NCBI GenBank assembly: GCA_030746775.1
Contig: JASLLZ010000003.1
Span: 7,435 to 71,434 of the forward strand
Direction: 5' to 3'
Length of the DNA: 64,000 nt
From: Rhodospirillales bacterium
Lineage (GTDB): Bacteria; Pseudomonadota; Alphaproteobacteria; Rhodospirillales; JASLLZ01
Each line of letters opens with the position of its first letter. The stretch's first letter is position 1. The notes beneath the pieces were generated by a model. It worked only from the letters and a program-made list of their open reading frames with translations. It did not search any database and was not told where the DNA came from. A program made the position numbers and the translations under genes. Below, piece by piece: positions 1-11,754 of this stretch.

Positions 1-86
1 TGTGTCTTGGCACATAATGGGTGATTGGCAGGAAAATTCAATGCGCCGGCATATCGGCGAAACGCCCGTAGACCGCGGCCCGGTTC

Positions 87-764
87 TTGTCTAGGCTTCC
101 ATTGGCGATGGAACGAATCCGGGAATACTGTCACGCCTACTGCGAGACCGCTCTCACGCCCCTCGCCCGGCTCTTACTGCGCCTCCATGTTAGCGCCAAC
201 CAAGTCACCGTGGCGGGCGTCCTGCTCAACGTCGTAGCGGCGGTCCTAATCGTTGCCGACCAACCGGTCCTGGCCGGCCTCTTCTTTCTAGCCGGCGGAG
301 TCCTGGACCTGCTCGACGGAGTCCTGGCCAGGCTGGCCAAGATGGCGACGCCGTTCGGCGCCTTTCTCGATTCAACCCTTGACCGCGTCTCGGAAGGGGT
401 CCTCTTCGCCGCCATCGCATACCGCTTCGCCTTGGAAGGTGCCGCCTTTGATGCCGGCCTCACGGTGCTTGCCCTGCTCGGCTCCCTGCTGGTCAGCTAC
501 ACGCGGGCGCGCGCCGAGGGCCTCAGTGTTCAATGCAAGGGGGGGCTGGTGACGCGCGCCGAGCGCGTGATTCTGCTCGCCGCCGGCCTGCTTTCGGGCC
601 TGCTGGCCTACGTGATCTATCTTCTGGTGGTGACGACGGGCTTTACGGTCATCCAGCGCATAGTCAGCACCTTTCGCCGGATCGCGGCACCGGGTGGCGC
701 CGGCAAGATGAGGAACGGACACGCGGTGGGCCCGAGCGGCACCGAGAATTCGTCTTCGGATTAG
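87..764 (+). CDS. CDP-alcohol phosphatidyltransferase family protein
   Basis: 225-aa ORF. DLLDGVLARLAKMATPFGAFLDSTLDRVSE fits the D-x2-DG-x2-AR-x8-G-x3-D-x3-D signature, and the protein has several hydrophobic helices. The ORF opens at TTG 87; ATG 108 is an alternative start. Confidence 0.8.
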   Translation: MSRLPLAMERIREYCHAYCETALTPLARLLLRLHVSANQVTVAGVLLNVVAAVLIVADQPVLAGLFFLAGGVLDLLDGVLARLAKMATPFGAFLDSTLDRVSEGVLFAAIAYRFALEGAAFDAGLTVLALLGSLLVSYTRARAEGLSVQCKGGLVTRAERVILLAAGLLSGLLAYVIYLLVVTTGFTVIQRIVSTFRRIAAPGGAGKMRNGHAVGPSGTENSSSD

Positions 765-1721
765 CTAGCGCTTCAGGACGCGGCGGAACAACGCCTGGTC
801 CACGTTGCCGCCGGACAGCACCAGGCCCACCTTCTTGCCCGCCACGCCCTGGCGGTCGCGAAGAAGAGCCGCCAAGGGCGCCGCGCCGGCACCTTCGGCC
901 AGATTGTGGGTGTCGGTGAAGTAATGGCCCATGGCGTCCAGGATGGCGTCTTCGGAAAGGCTGATCACGTCGTCGACGCCGGCCATGATGAGGGCCAGCG
1001 CCTCGGCGTTGGGAACGCGCACCGCCATGCCGTCGGCCAGGGTGTCGGCGCTGTCGGTTTCGACGACCTTACCGGCCGCGAACGACCGGGCGTAGGCGGC
1101 AGCCTCTTCGGCCACCACGCCAACGACGCGGGTCTTGAGGCCGAGCCCGTCGCGGGCCGAGATCATGCCGCAGATGCCCGATCCCAGGCCGATGGGCACG
1201 TAAACCGTATCGAGGTCGGGAACGGCACGCAGGAACTCGAGCGCATAGGTGGCAACGCCGCGCACCAGGGGGGCGGCAACCGAGGGAAGCCGGAAAAGGC
1301 CGCGCGCCTCGGCCAGTTCGGCGGCATGGCCGCTGGCGGCGTCGAAGTCGCGGCCATGCTCGATAAGCTCGGCGCCCAGGGCCTCCATGGCGGCGTTCTT
1401 TTCCGGGTTGTTGCCGCGCGGCACGACAACGGTTGCCGTCACGCCGACCCGCTTGGCGGCAAAGGCGATGCTCTGGCCGTGGTTGCCGCGGGTCGCCGTG
1501 ATGACGCCCGCGACGTCCGGGTGGTCGCGGCGCAGCCAATCCATAAAGACCAGGCCGCCACGCACCTTGAAGGCGCCGATGGGGGTATGGTTTTCGTGCT
1601 TTACCCAAACCTCGGCGCCCGAGCGCCGGCCGAGCAGCGGCCAGTTGATCTGGGGCGTCGGCGCCATATGGGCATAGACGACCTCGGCCGCCTTCTCGAT
1701 ATCATCAAGCGTCGCTTTCAT
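765..1721 (-). CDS. PLP-dependent threonine/serine dehydratase (short form)
   Basis: 318 aa. HENHTPIGAFKVRGG carries the PLP-lysine motif, and GNHGQS and LSGGN match the beta-family PLP fold. Confidence 0.85.
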   Translation of the reverse strand: MKATLDDIEKAAEVVYAHMAPTPQINWPLLGRRSGAEVWVKHENHTPIGAFKVRGGLVFMDWLRRDHPDVAGVITATRGNHGQSIAFAAKRVGVTATVVVPRGNNPEKNAAMEALGAELIEHGRDFDAASGHAAELAEARGLFRLPSVAAPLVRGVATYALEFLRAVPDLDTVYVPIGLGSGICGMISARDGLGLKTRVVGVVAEEAAAYARSFAAGKVVETDSADTLADGMAVRVPNAEALALIMAGVDDVISLSEDAILDAMGHYFTDTHNLAEGAGAAPLAALLRDRQGVAGKKVGLVLSGGNVDQALFRRVLKR

Positions 1722-1813
1722 GGCACGGACCGTCCCTTCGCCGCCACCTTCGCCCCACGGGCCACCACCGTCAAGGCGTTGACCGGTGCCCGCCTTCGGG
1801 TGATGATCGGCCG

Positions 1814-2767
1814 ATGTCCGATCAGCCGACGACCGCCTTGAGTTTCGCCGTCATGGGTGCCGGCGGCGTTGGCGGGTATTTCGGCGCCCGCCTGGCCGAT
1901 GCCGGCGCCCAGGTAGCCTTCGTCGCCCGTGGGCCTCACCTGGAAGCCATGCGCGCCGCCGGGCTTAGGATCAAGAGCGCCCTGGGCGACGCTCATATCC
2001 ATCCCGTCGAGGTCAGCGACGACCCCCGCCGCATCGGTCCGGTCGATGTTATTCTATTCGCCGTCAAGCTCTACGACACCGAGGCCGCGGCGGCCGCCAT
2101 GGCACCGATGATCGGCGACAATACCATCGTGCTGTCGCTGCAGAACGGCGTCGATGGGGAGGAAACCCTGGCCCGCCGGTTGGGCGCCGGGCATGTCATG
2201 GGCGGTGCGTCCTATATCTTCTCGGCCATCGAGGAACCAGGCGTGATTCGCCACACGGGACGGATGGCGCGCATCGTCTTCGGCGAGTTGGACGGCCAAC
2301 CAAGCGCCCGCGCCGAGGCCCTGCTCGCCGCCTTCGAGACGGCCGGCATCGAGGCGGTGCTGAGCCCCGCGATCGATCTTGAGCTGTGGCGCAAGTTCAC
2401 CTTCCTCGCCTCGATCGCCGCGCTTTGCGGTCAGATGCGGCAATCCCTGGGACCGATTCTCGCCACCGCCGAGACCCGCCGGCGGCTCGCCGCCGCCATG
2501 GCCGAGGTGGCGGCGGTGGCGCGGGCCAAGGGCATTGCCCTGGACGAAGAAGTGGTCGAGGCGCACCTGGCCTTCGCCGACACCTTGGACGGCGCCATGA
2601 AACCGTCCCTGCTGCAGGACCTGGAGCGCGGCGCCCGGACCGAGATCGAAAATCTAAGCGGCACCGTGGTGCGTTTCGGCGCCGAATTGGGCATCGCCGT
2701 GCCCAACCACGCGGCCGCCTACGCGCAACTGAAAAAATACGCCGAAGGCAGGCCGACTATCCCTTAA
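1814..2767 (+). CDS. panE: 2-dehydropantoate 2-reductase (ketopantoate reductase)
   Basis: 317 aa. N-terminal Rossmann motif VMGAGGVGGYFGARLA, with ApbA/PanE-like length and C-terminal domain. Confidence 0.75.
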   Translation: MSDQPTTALSFAVMGAGGVGGYFGARLADAGAQVAFVARGPHLEAMRAAGLRIKSALGDAHIHPVEVSDDPRRIGPVDVILFAVKLYDTEAAAAAMAPMIGDNTIVLSLQNGVDGEETLARRLGAGHVMGGASYIFSAIEEPGVIRHTGRMARIVFGELDGQPSARAEALLAAFETAGIEAVLSPAIDLELWRKFTFLASIAALCGQMRQSLGPILATAETRRRLAAAMAEVAAVARAKGIALDEEVVEAHLAFADTLDGAMKPSLLQDLERGARTEIENLSGTVVRFGAELGIAVPNHAAAYAQLKKYAEGRPTIP

Positions 2768-3566
2768 CCGAAAACGGCGGCACCAGGTGGGCGTGGTTCA
2801 AGGGGCCGTGGCCGTGGCCCAACCCGGGCGCCGTTTCGATGGCCCGGCGCACGTAACCGCGGGCGCGGGTGACGGCGTCGCTCATCGCCATGCCCTGGGC
2901 CAGGCCGGCGGCCACCGCCGAGGCCAGGGTGCAGCCGGTGCCGTGGGTGCTGGTGGTGGCGATGCGCGGTCCCTCGAAGGCCTGGACCCCGCCCTCGGCG
3001 AACAGGAGGTCGGTGAGCATCTCGCCTTCCATATGCCCGCCCTTGAGCAGCACGGCTTTTGGTCCAAGGGCCAGCAGAGCGGCGCCGGCCCGTTGCATGG
3101 CGTCGCGATCGACGATGGCAAGGCCGGTCAGAGCTTCGGCCTCCGGCAAATTGGGAGTGAGGATGGCGGCGCGGGGCACGATGCGCTCCTTGAGGCTGTC
3201 CATCGCCTCGGGCGCCAGCAGGGCGGCGCCGCCCTTGGCCACCATGACCGGATCGACAACCACCGGCACGCCGGCGGCCTCGGCATCGAGAGCCGCCGCC
3301 ACCGCCGCGATGACGTCGGGCCGGTGCAGCATGCCGATTTTGATGCAATCGGCGCCGATGTCGGCGAGCACCACGCGCATTTGCTGGGCGACGAAATCCG
3401 GCGGCACCTCGTGGATGGCGGAGACGCCTTCGGTGTTCTGCGCCGTCAACGCCGTGACCGCCGTCATGGCGAAGCCGCCAAGGACGGTGACGGTCTTGAC
3501 GTCGGCCTGGATTCCGGCGCCGCCGCCCGAATCGGAACCGGCGACGATGAGAACCCTTCCGCGCAT
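2757..3566 (-). CDS. thiD: hydroxymethylpyrimidine/phosphomethylpyrimidine kinase
   Basis: VLIVAGSDSGGGAGIQADVKT and THGTGCTLASA are ThiD/ribokinase-family motifs. I place the start at the internal ATG 3566 (MRGRVLIV). The longer ORF, reaching 3623, runs into the inverted-repeat element. Confidence 0.85.
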   Translation of the reverse strand: MRGRVLIVAGSDSGGGAGIQADVKTVTVLGGFAMTAVTALTAQNTEGVSAIHEVPPDFVAQQMRVVLADIGADCIKIGMLHRPDVIAAVAAALDAEAAGVPVVVDPVMVAKGGAALLAPEAMDSLKERIVPRAAILTPNLPEAEALTGLAIVDRDAMQRAGAALLALGPKAVLLKGGHMEGEMLTDLLFAEGGVQAFEGPRIATTSTHGTGCTLASAVAAGLAQGMAMSDAVTRARGYVRRAIETAPGLGHGHGPLNHAHLVPPFSVKG

Positions 3567-3570
3567 CGGC

Positions 3571-3840
3571 CTAGTGTCCTGGATCAGAAGTTCGTGGCAT
3601 ATACGACGGCCTTCCGAGTTCATCCGGCTAGGCGCGGGGTGCGCCGTGATGCTGGAGCATCACAAGCGCCGCGCAACAACGCCGGGGGGCTTGGAAGGCC
3701 GCCCAGCGGGTCGCTTTTCCCGTCCCCTCGGTGCGTCAGGAAGGCTAGCCGATGCAATGGCATCGCCCGCGCCTCCCTTCCTGCCGAGCGAACGGGAAAA
3801 GCGATCGTATATGCTACGAACTTCTGATCCAGGACACTAG
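3571..3840. repeat. 270-bp MITE-like element bounded by near-perfect terminal inverted repeats
   Basis: 3571-3610 (ctagtgtcctggatcagaagttcgtggcatatacgacggc) matches the reverse complement of 3801-3840 at 37/40 positions, and at 35/36 over the first 36. Both ends are CTAG. There is an internal hairpin, gtgatgct-gg-agcatcac, at 3646-3663. No credible ORF. Confidence 0.55.
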
Positions 3841-5183
3841 CCTTCTTCGTTGGCGATGACGGCGGCGATGTCATCGACGACGGCGTTGATCAGCGCCGAG
3901 TCCTCGCCCTCCGCCATGACCCGAATCAGGGGTTCGGTGCCCGACTCGCGAACCAATAGCCGCCCCTTTGGTCCCAAGCGTTCGGTACCGGCGGTAATGG
4001 CGCCCTGCACCGCTTCGTCCTCGAGCGCCAAGCCGCCATCGAGAGAAACGTTGCGCAGGAGTTGGGGCAGCGGCTCGAAAACTCGGCAGGTCTCGCTTGC
4101 CCGGCCGCCCGAGACGACGAGAGCGGCCAGCACCTGCAACGCCGCGACAAGACCGTCGCCGGTGGTACCGTGATCGCCGAGAATGATGTGTCCCGATTGT
4201 TCGCCGCCCAGATTAAAGCCCCTTTTTCGCATAGACTCGACAACGTAACGGTCGCCGACCCGGGTCCTCTCCAGGGTCAGCCCGCGTCCGCCCAGGTAGC
4301 TTTCGAGGCCCAAGTTCGACATAACCGTGGCGACCACGCCGCCACCCAGAAGCCGGCCCTCGGCGTGCCACCGGCCGGCGATCAGACCGATGATCTGATC
4401 GCCGTCCATCAGCGCCCCGGACTCGTCGGCGATAAGCACCCGGTCGGCGTCGCCGTCGAAGGCGATGCCGAGGTCAGCCGCGTGGGCGACGACCTGGCTC
4501 TGCATGGTTTCGGTGGCGGTGGAGCCGCAATCCTTGTTGATGTTGAAGCCGTCGGGCGCGACGCCGATGGGAACGACCTCGGCGCCCAGTTCCCACAACA
4601 CCTCGGGCGCCACCTTATAGGCGGCCCCGTTGGCGCAATCGACGACGATCTTCAGGCCCTCGAGCGTCAGCCCCCGGGGGAAGGTCTGCTTGACGAATTC
4701 GGTATAGCGGCCCTGGGCATCGTCGAGACGCATGGCGCGGCCCAACAGGCCGGGCGCCGCGAGATGGGTGTCGACGCCGTTGTCAACGTGCTCCTCGATC
4801 TCGCGCTCGACGGCGTCGGAAAGCTTGTGCCCGTCGGGACCGAAAAGCTTGATGCCGTTGTCCTGGTAAGGATTGTGCGAGGCCGAGATCATGACGCCGA
4901 GATCGGCCCGAAGCGAGCGCGTCAGCATGGCCACCGCCGGCGTCGGCATGGGACCGATCAAAATCACGTCCATGCCCATGGAGACGAAGCCGGCGGTCAA
5001 GGCCGGTTCGATCATATAGCCCGAAAGGCGCGTGTCCTTGCCGATGACGGCGCGGTGACGGTGATCGCCGCGCAGGAAGTGCCGCGCCGCCGCCATGCCG
5101 ACCCCGAGCGCCGTCTCGGCGGTCATCGGTTCGCTATTGGCGGTGCCGCGGATGCCGTCGGTTCCAAAGAGCGTTCGGGTCAT
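3837..5183 (-). CDS. glmM: phosphoglucosamine mutase
   Basis: 448 aa. FGTDGIRG at the N-terminus and the active-site loop [13 protein letters not shown]. Confidence 0.95.
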   Translation of the reverse strand: MTRTLFGTDGIRGTANSEPMTAETALGVGMAAARHFLRGDHRHRAVIGKDTRLSGYMIEPALTAGFVSMGMDVILIGPMPTPAVAMLTRSLRADLGVMISASHNPYQDNGIKLFGPDGHKLSDAVEREIEEHVDNGVDTHLAAPGLLGRAMRLDDAQGRYTEFVKQTFPRGLTLEGLKIVVDCANGAAYKVAPEVLWELGAEVVPIGVAPDGFNINKDCGSTATETMQSQVVAHAADLGIAFDGDADRVLIADESGALMDGDQIIGLIAGRWHAEGRLLGGGVVATVMSNLGLESYLGGRGLTLERTRVGDRYVVESMRKRGFNLGGEQSGHIILGDHGTTGDGLVAALQVLAALVVSGGRASETCRVFEPLPQLLRNVSLDGGLALEDEAVQGAITAGTERLGPKGRLLVRESGTEPLIRVMAEGEDSALINAVVDDIAAVIANEEG

Positions 5184-5286
5184 GACCTTCCCCTGGGCGT
5201 TCAGCCGGTGCCCGGGTCCCTTCTGGGCTGGTTAATTCCTAAACCAGTTTGCCACGGGCAGGGGTAAAAAATTGTTACAAACGGTT

Positions 5287-6375
5287 TCACTCGTGGGGCG
5301 ATCGGGCCGCCTCGATTGCCCGCCACACGTCGAAGGCCTGGCGCGTTTCGGCGACGTCGTGGACGCGCAGAATGTGCACGCCCTGGCCAACGGCGTGGAG
5401 CGCCGCCGCGAGCGAGCCCGCAAGGCGGTCGGTGACCGGTTCGCCGCGCCCGAGGGCGGCGATGAAGCTTTTGCGCGACACACCCAAGGCGACGGCGCAG
5501 CCGTGGCCGTGGAACAAGGACAGGCGGCCCAGAATCTCGGCATTGTGGTGCACGGTCTTGCCGAAGCCGATGCCCGGATCGATGGCGATGGCGGCGCGCG
5601 GAATGCCGGCCGCCAGGCAGGCCTCGACGCGCCGGCCCAGTTCGTCATAGATGTCGAGCGCGGCGTGGTCGTAACGCGGATTTTCCTGCATGGTTTGCGG
5701 CCGGCCTTGCATGTGCATGAGGATCACCGGCACCGCCCGCTCGGCGACCACGGCCAGGGACTGCTCGTCGCCGTTCAAGGCGGTGATGTCGTTGACCGCG
5801 ACGGCGCCGGCGTCCAGCGCCGCCTCCATCACCCGGGCGCGGCGGCTGTCGATGGAGACCACGTGACCGTCGCCGGCCAGGGCGCGCACCACCGGCACGA
5901 CGCGCGCCAGTTCTTCGTCCGCCGACAACGGGCGCGATCCGGGCCGCGTCGATTCGCCGCCGACGTCCAAGATGTCGGCGCCGGCCTCGGCCATGGCGCG
6001 GCCACGAGCAACGGCGGAGGCGGTGTCGGGGGTCTCGCCGCCGTCGGAAAAGCTGTCCGGGGTGACGTTGATGATGCCCATGATCAAGGGACGGTCCAGG
6101 GCAAGACCGGCGAACGGCGGGCGCGGCGCCGCCAGGCGCCCGATCAGGGCCGAGATGTGATTGGCCAGCGCCCCGCCTTCGGCCCGCGCCCAGTCGACGA
6201 CATCGTCCTTGGCGCAATGCACGGTGAGGGTGCCGCCCGGCCGGCGGATCAGGACTTCGCAGTGCTGGAAACCGTCAGGCGAACCCAGGGGGCGCAGATA
6301 AACCGTTGCCGCCGCGTCCTTGCCGTTGGGGGGGAAACCCCGCGGCAAGGCGGGGTTTTCAGGCCCTGTCATCAT
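5287..6375 (-). CDS. folP: dihydropteroate synthase (with an N-terminal extension of about 95 aa)
   Basis: IMGIINVTPDSFSDGG and the DIGGESTRPG-like (DVGGESTRPG) pterin-binding motifs. The start is uncertain. Confidence 0.88.
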   Translation of the reverse strand: MMTGPENPALPRGFPPNGKDAAATVYLRPLGSPDGFQHCEVLIRRPGGTLTVHCAKDDVVDWARAEGGALANHISALIGRLAAPRPPFAGLALDRPLIMGIINVTPDSFSDGGETPDTASAVARGRAMAEAGADILDVGGESTRPGSRPLSADEELARVVPVVRALAGDGHVVSIDSRRARVMEAALDAGAVAVNDITALNGDEQSLAVVAERAVPVILMHMQGRPQTMQENPRYDHAALDIYDELGRRVEACLAAGIPRAAIAIDPGIGFGKTVHHNAEILGRLSLFHGHGCAVALGVSRKSFIAALGRGEPVTDRLAGSLAAALHAVGQGVHILRVHDVAETRQAFDVWRAIEAARSPHE

Positions 6376-6396
6376 GGCCCGCCATTCGCCCGGTGC

Positions 6397-8325
<1,929 letters not shown>

Positions 8326-8439
8326 GAGGCCATCCTTTCCTTCGCAACAAACGGTCGGATCGAGCCACGCCCCTGATCCAACCTACCCTCTAAAGAAATA
8401 GTACGCCGGCACCAAGACGCAAGAAAAAAGCTGGCCTGA

Positions 8440-9795
8440 TCAGGCAACCGAAAACCCCTCGGGCGAGAGGGGATGCCTGGGATGGAACGCGATTTGGCCG
8501 ATCCCACCAGCCGCCCCGCCCTCTTCTTCGCGCCGGTAACCGATATGGGGCACGGCCCGAATTCCCGCCTTGTCGGCCAGGCTGGGCAGGGTCGGGCGGA
8601 CGGCGGCGGGGATGGGACTGAGCCTGAGATCGGGGCGGCGGCCGACGACTTCCGCCCAGCCGCGGCGGCCCAGGCGCTCCAATCGGGCGGCCGAGAGCAG
8701 GGAAATCTTGAAACGCCCCTCCCACAGCACCTCGCATCCGGGCCCGACATCGAGCGGCGGCAGCGGATCGCGCGTCTCCCGGCATACCAGAAGTTTCCCC
8801 GCCCCACGGCCGGCCGCCAAGACACGACAACCGCCGAGGGTTGCCCCCCGCCCCAGGCGGCCGCCGCAAAGACGCCCGTGCAGGCGGAGCAGGCGGTCGC
8901 GGCGCGGCCCGTAGTCCCGACCGCCGATGCACAGCACGACGCGGGCCAGGGCGGCGAGCGAAATCTCGACCGGCGCGGCCAGAGCGAGAGAGCCGTCGAC
9001 GACGGCGTAGCCCGCCGGATAGACCACGCAACAGCGGGCCAACAAGGCCGACACGGCCGCCTCGCGCAGCACCCGCCGCCGACCGCGGCGGCCGGCCTCG
9101 ACGGCCAGGCCGGCCGAGCGCCGGCGACCCTTTCGGTCACCGGCAAGGTCGGCGCGCACGCGCACCCGCGCAAAAGTGGAATCGCGGTTGGAGGGATCGT
9201 CCAGCCAGGGCTGATCCATCGCCTTCAGGGTCGCCGTCAGGCGCCTCCGGGGCACGCCGAGGAGCGGGCGCAACAGGCGCACGTCGGGCGTCTCGACCAC
9301 CGCCGCCATACAGGCCAAGCCGTCTTGGCCGCTGCCACGGGCGAGACGCAGAACATAGGTTTCGGCCTGGTCGTCCTGGTGATGGGCAAGCAAGAGGTGG
9401 AGGACACCGGCGCCCCGGCACCATGCCGTCATCAGATCGTACCGCGCGCGCCGCGCCGCCGCCTGGATGCCGGTCGCCGGCTTGGCGCCCCGCCACGTCA
9501 ACAGGTGATGATCGATGCCGCGCCGCCGCAGCCAGCCGCCGACCCGGCGCGCGTCCGCCGCCGATTCGGGCCTCAGGCCGTGATCCACGGTCAGCGCCGC
9601 TACCTGGCCACCCAGGCGCCGCGCCCAAGCGTCGGCAAGCACGACAAGGGCCATGCTGTCGCGTCCCCCGGAGACGGCGATGCCGAGGCGCGGCGCCGTC
9701 TCGAAAGGGCCGACGGCCTCCATCAGGCGAGCGAACTCGGCCTCGGCAAGAGGCGAAGGTAGCCGGCGGGATCGGCGGGGTCGGCGGAGGATCAC
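8440..9795 (-). CDS. tilS: tRNA(Ile)-lysidine synthase
   Basis: PP-loop motif VSGGRDS. The GTG start overlaps the cpoB stop (GTGA). Conserved position upstream of ftsH. Confidence 0.88.
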   Translation of the reverse strand: MILRRPRRSRRLPSPLAEAEFARLMEAVGPFETAPRLGIAVSGGRDSMALVVLADAWARRLGGQVAALTVDHGLRPESAADARRVGGWLRRRGIDHHLLTWRGAKPATGIQAAARRARYDLMTAWCRGAGVLHLLLAHHQDDQAETYVLRLARGSGQDGLACMAAVVETPDVRLLRPLLGVPRRRLTATLKAMDQPWLDDPSNRDSTFARVRVRADLAGDRKGRRRSAGLAVEAGRRGRRRVLREAAVSALLARCCVVYPAGYAVVDGSLALAAPVEISLAALARVVLCIGGRDYGPRRDRLLRLHGRLCGGRLGRGATLGGCRVLAAGRGAGKLLVCRETRDPLPPLDVGPGCEVLWEGRFKISLLSAARLERLGRRGWAEVVGRRPDLRLSPIPAAVRPTLPSLADKAGIRAVPHIGYRREEEGGAAGGIGQIAFHPRHPLSPEGFSVA

Positions 9796-10853
9796 TTACA
9801 GCCGTTGTGCTGGCGTTGGCGGGCGGCCTCGTCCTTGATGTGGCGCTGCGCGTCGGGGAAGACCTTGTCCAGTTCCGCCAAGGTGAAGCACGCCGCTTCG
9901 CGCTTCTCCGAACTGGACAGCGACATGGCGAGCTTGAGCAAGCTGTCCGGCGCCTTGGCGCCGTCCTTGTACTTCTTGTAGCCCTCGGTGAAGACAATGG
10001 CGGCGGTGTCATAGTCCTGGCGCACGTAATAGGTTTCTCCCAGCCAATACTGGGCGTTTGACGCCAAGACGTCGTTCGGATGGGCGCCGAGGAAAGCCCG
10101 CAACACCGTTTCCGCCTGGTCGTATTCCTGCCTGAACAACAGATTCTTGGCGAATTCGTACTGCTCTTTCGGCGTGCCCTCGGGCAAGACCGCGGCGGCC
10201 TCGACGGCGGGCGGTGCGGCCGGCGCCTGGACGCCCGGCGGCGCGGCAGGGCGCCCAAGGTCGGATTGGGGAATCGTCCCCAAGGTTTGTGGCGCCGTGG
10301 CGAATCCTTGACCGTCATCGGGCCGCATCGTCTGGACCGCGGACGTCGACGGCGCCGCTGAAACCGAAGGGACACCCGGCTTGGCGGGCCGCGCCGCCTG
10401 AGCCGCCGCCCTTTCCAAGGCGCCGAGACGGAAGTCCACGTCTCCGACCAGCTTGTTCAGCCTGTCATCGATCTGATCGATGCGGTGGGACAAGGTCTCC
10501 GCCAGGCCGGTCAGGGCGCGCAATTCCTCATCGAAGGCGCCCAGACGCGCGTCGATGCGCGCCACGGCGGCTCCGCCCGGCGGTTCGGCGGACCCAGTGA
10601 CGCCGGGCGCCGTCGGAGGCAATTGCCCGCCTCGGGCCAGTTGAACGTTAAGGGTGCGAATATCTCTTTCAAGCCGGTCGATGCGGTCGAGAAGCTGGCG
10701 CAGGTCGGCGTTCTGGGCAGCGGCCGGAGCGGCGCCGAGCAACGCCATCAGGCCGAGCACCGGGAGCAACCCGAATTTGCCCCAGGAGCGCCCGGCCCCT
10801 GCCCCGTTCATGCCTGCGCCGATTCGCCCTGCCATCGGACCGTCAAACGTCAT
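9792..10853 (-). CDS. cpoB: Tol-Pal system protein CpoB/YbgF (coiled coil plus TPR)
   Basis: Signal peptide, N-terminal coiled coil, and a C-terminal TPR-like region (YEFAKNLLFRQEYDQA...YWLGETYY). Lies downstream of pal. Confidence 0.85.
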   Translation of the reverse strand: MTFDGPMAGRIGAGMNGAGAGRSWGKFGLLPVLGLMALLGAAPAAAQNADLRQLLDRIDRLERDIRTLNVQLARGGQLPPTAPGVTGSAEPPGGAAVARIDARLGAFDEELRALTGLAETLSHRIDQIDDRLNKLVGDVDFRLGALERAAAQAARPAKPGVPSVSAAPSTSAVQTMRPDDGQGFATAPQTLGTIPQSDLGRPAAPPGVQAPAAPPAVEAAAVLPEGTPKEQYEFAKNLLFRQEYDQAETVLRAFLGAHPNDVLASNAQYWLGETYYVRQDYDTAAIVFTEGYKKYKDGAKAPDSLLKLAMSLSSSEKREAACFTLAELDKVFPDAQRHIKDEAARQRQHNGCK

Positions 10854-10986
10854 GGAATACCCGCATCCGTTTTACCACGGGCGTCACCGTAAACCACATT
10901 TTAGGCAAAATTTGGGCGCCTGCCCATCCCCCGCCGAAGGGGGAAAGACAGGCGCTCCGCATTGTTCGATCCGAGGTCAGTCGGAA

Positions 10987-11532
10987 TTAACTGCTCGGCG
11001 AGCCGCCGGTTACCGTTGTGACGCCGCGGCGGTTCTGCGACCAGGCCTGCTCGTTCGAGCCCAAGGCCACCGGCCGTTCCTTGCCGTATGAGATGGTCGT
11101 AATGCGGCCAGCACCGATTCCCAAGGTGATCAGGTAATCCTTGACAGAATTGGCGCGGCGCTCTCCCAGCGCCAAGTTGTATTCGCGGGTGCCCCGTTCG
11201 TCGCAATGCCCTTCGACGCGCACGGTCACCGAGGAATAGCGCTTCAGCCAAGCCGCCTGCTTAGCCAGCGTGGCGCGGGCTTCCGGCGCCAGATTGTATT
11301 TGTCGAAGTCGAAAAAGACACGGTCGCCGACGTTGGCCACCAGGTCCTCTTGACTGCCCGCTGCCGGACCCGCCTTCTCCGTCGCGACGGGGGTGTTCGA
11401 GTAAGTTCCCCAGTTATGCACCAACGGTTTGCTAGCGCCGGCGCCGCTCGAGGCGGCGCTTTCTTCCGGAGCGGTTTCACACGCGGCGACCAAAGCCACG
11501 CTCGCGATCAGGGCTAGGATGTTCAAGCGCAT
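10987..11532 (-). CDS. pal: peptidoglycan-associated lipoprotein Pal
   Basis: Lipobox LVAAC after MRLNILALIASVA, plus an OmpA-like domain (GHCDERGTREYNLALGERRA). I use the internal ATG at 11532. Confidence 0.9.
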   Translation of the reverse strand: MRLNILALIASVALVAACETAPEESAASSGAGASKPLVHNWGTYSNTPVATEKAGPAAGSQEDLVANVGDRVFFDFDKYNLAPEARATLAKQAAWLKRYSSVTVRVEGHCDERGTREYNLALGERRANSVKDYLITLGIGAGRITTISYGKERPVALGSNEQAWSQNRRGVTTVTGGSPSS

Positions 11533-11754
11533 ATTTCGTATCCCCTTTGCCGGAGTATTTCTCGTGATAAGGACAGCGAGGCGATCAGCCGCCGCCCATT
11601 CAAAATTTTCCTGGAACAGCAACACCGTTCAACTAACGTCGAAATAAGGTCACCACCAGAATATGTCAATAACCACTTGGACTCGCGACTATATTATGTG
11701 TTCACCCAAGAATCAAGGGAAACACGCCGTGACCCAAGGCGATACCAAAATCCT

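Noticed and set aside
762-767. Convergent genes abutting with stops forming the palindrome TAGCTA and no intergenic terminator
   Set aside because: This is real but probably just compact gene packing. It carries no further structure.
3567-3836. TPP (THI-box) riboswitch upstream of thiD
   Set aside because: A riboswitch was expected for a thiamine gene, and a GGGGTGC string occurs at 3636-3642. However, that string is on the wrong strand. Neither strand has the CUGAGA / CCUGAUCYGG-AUAAUGCC-GCG-AGGGA core.
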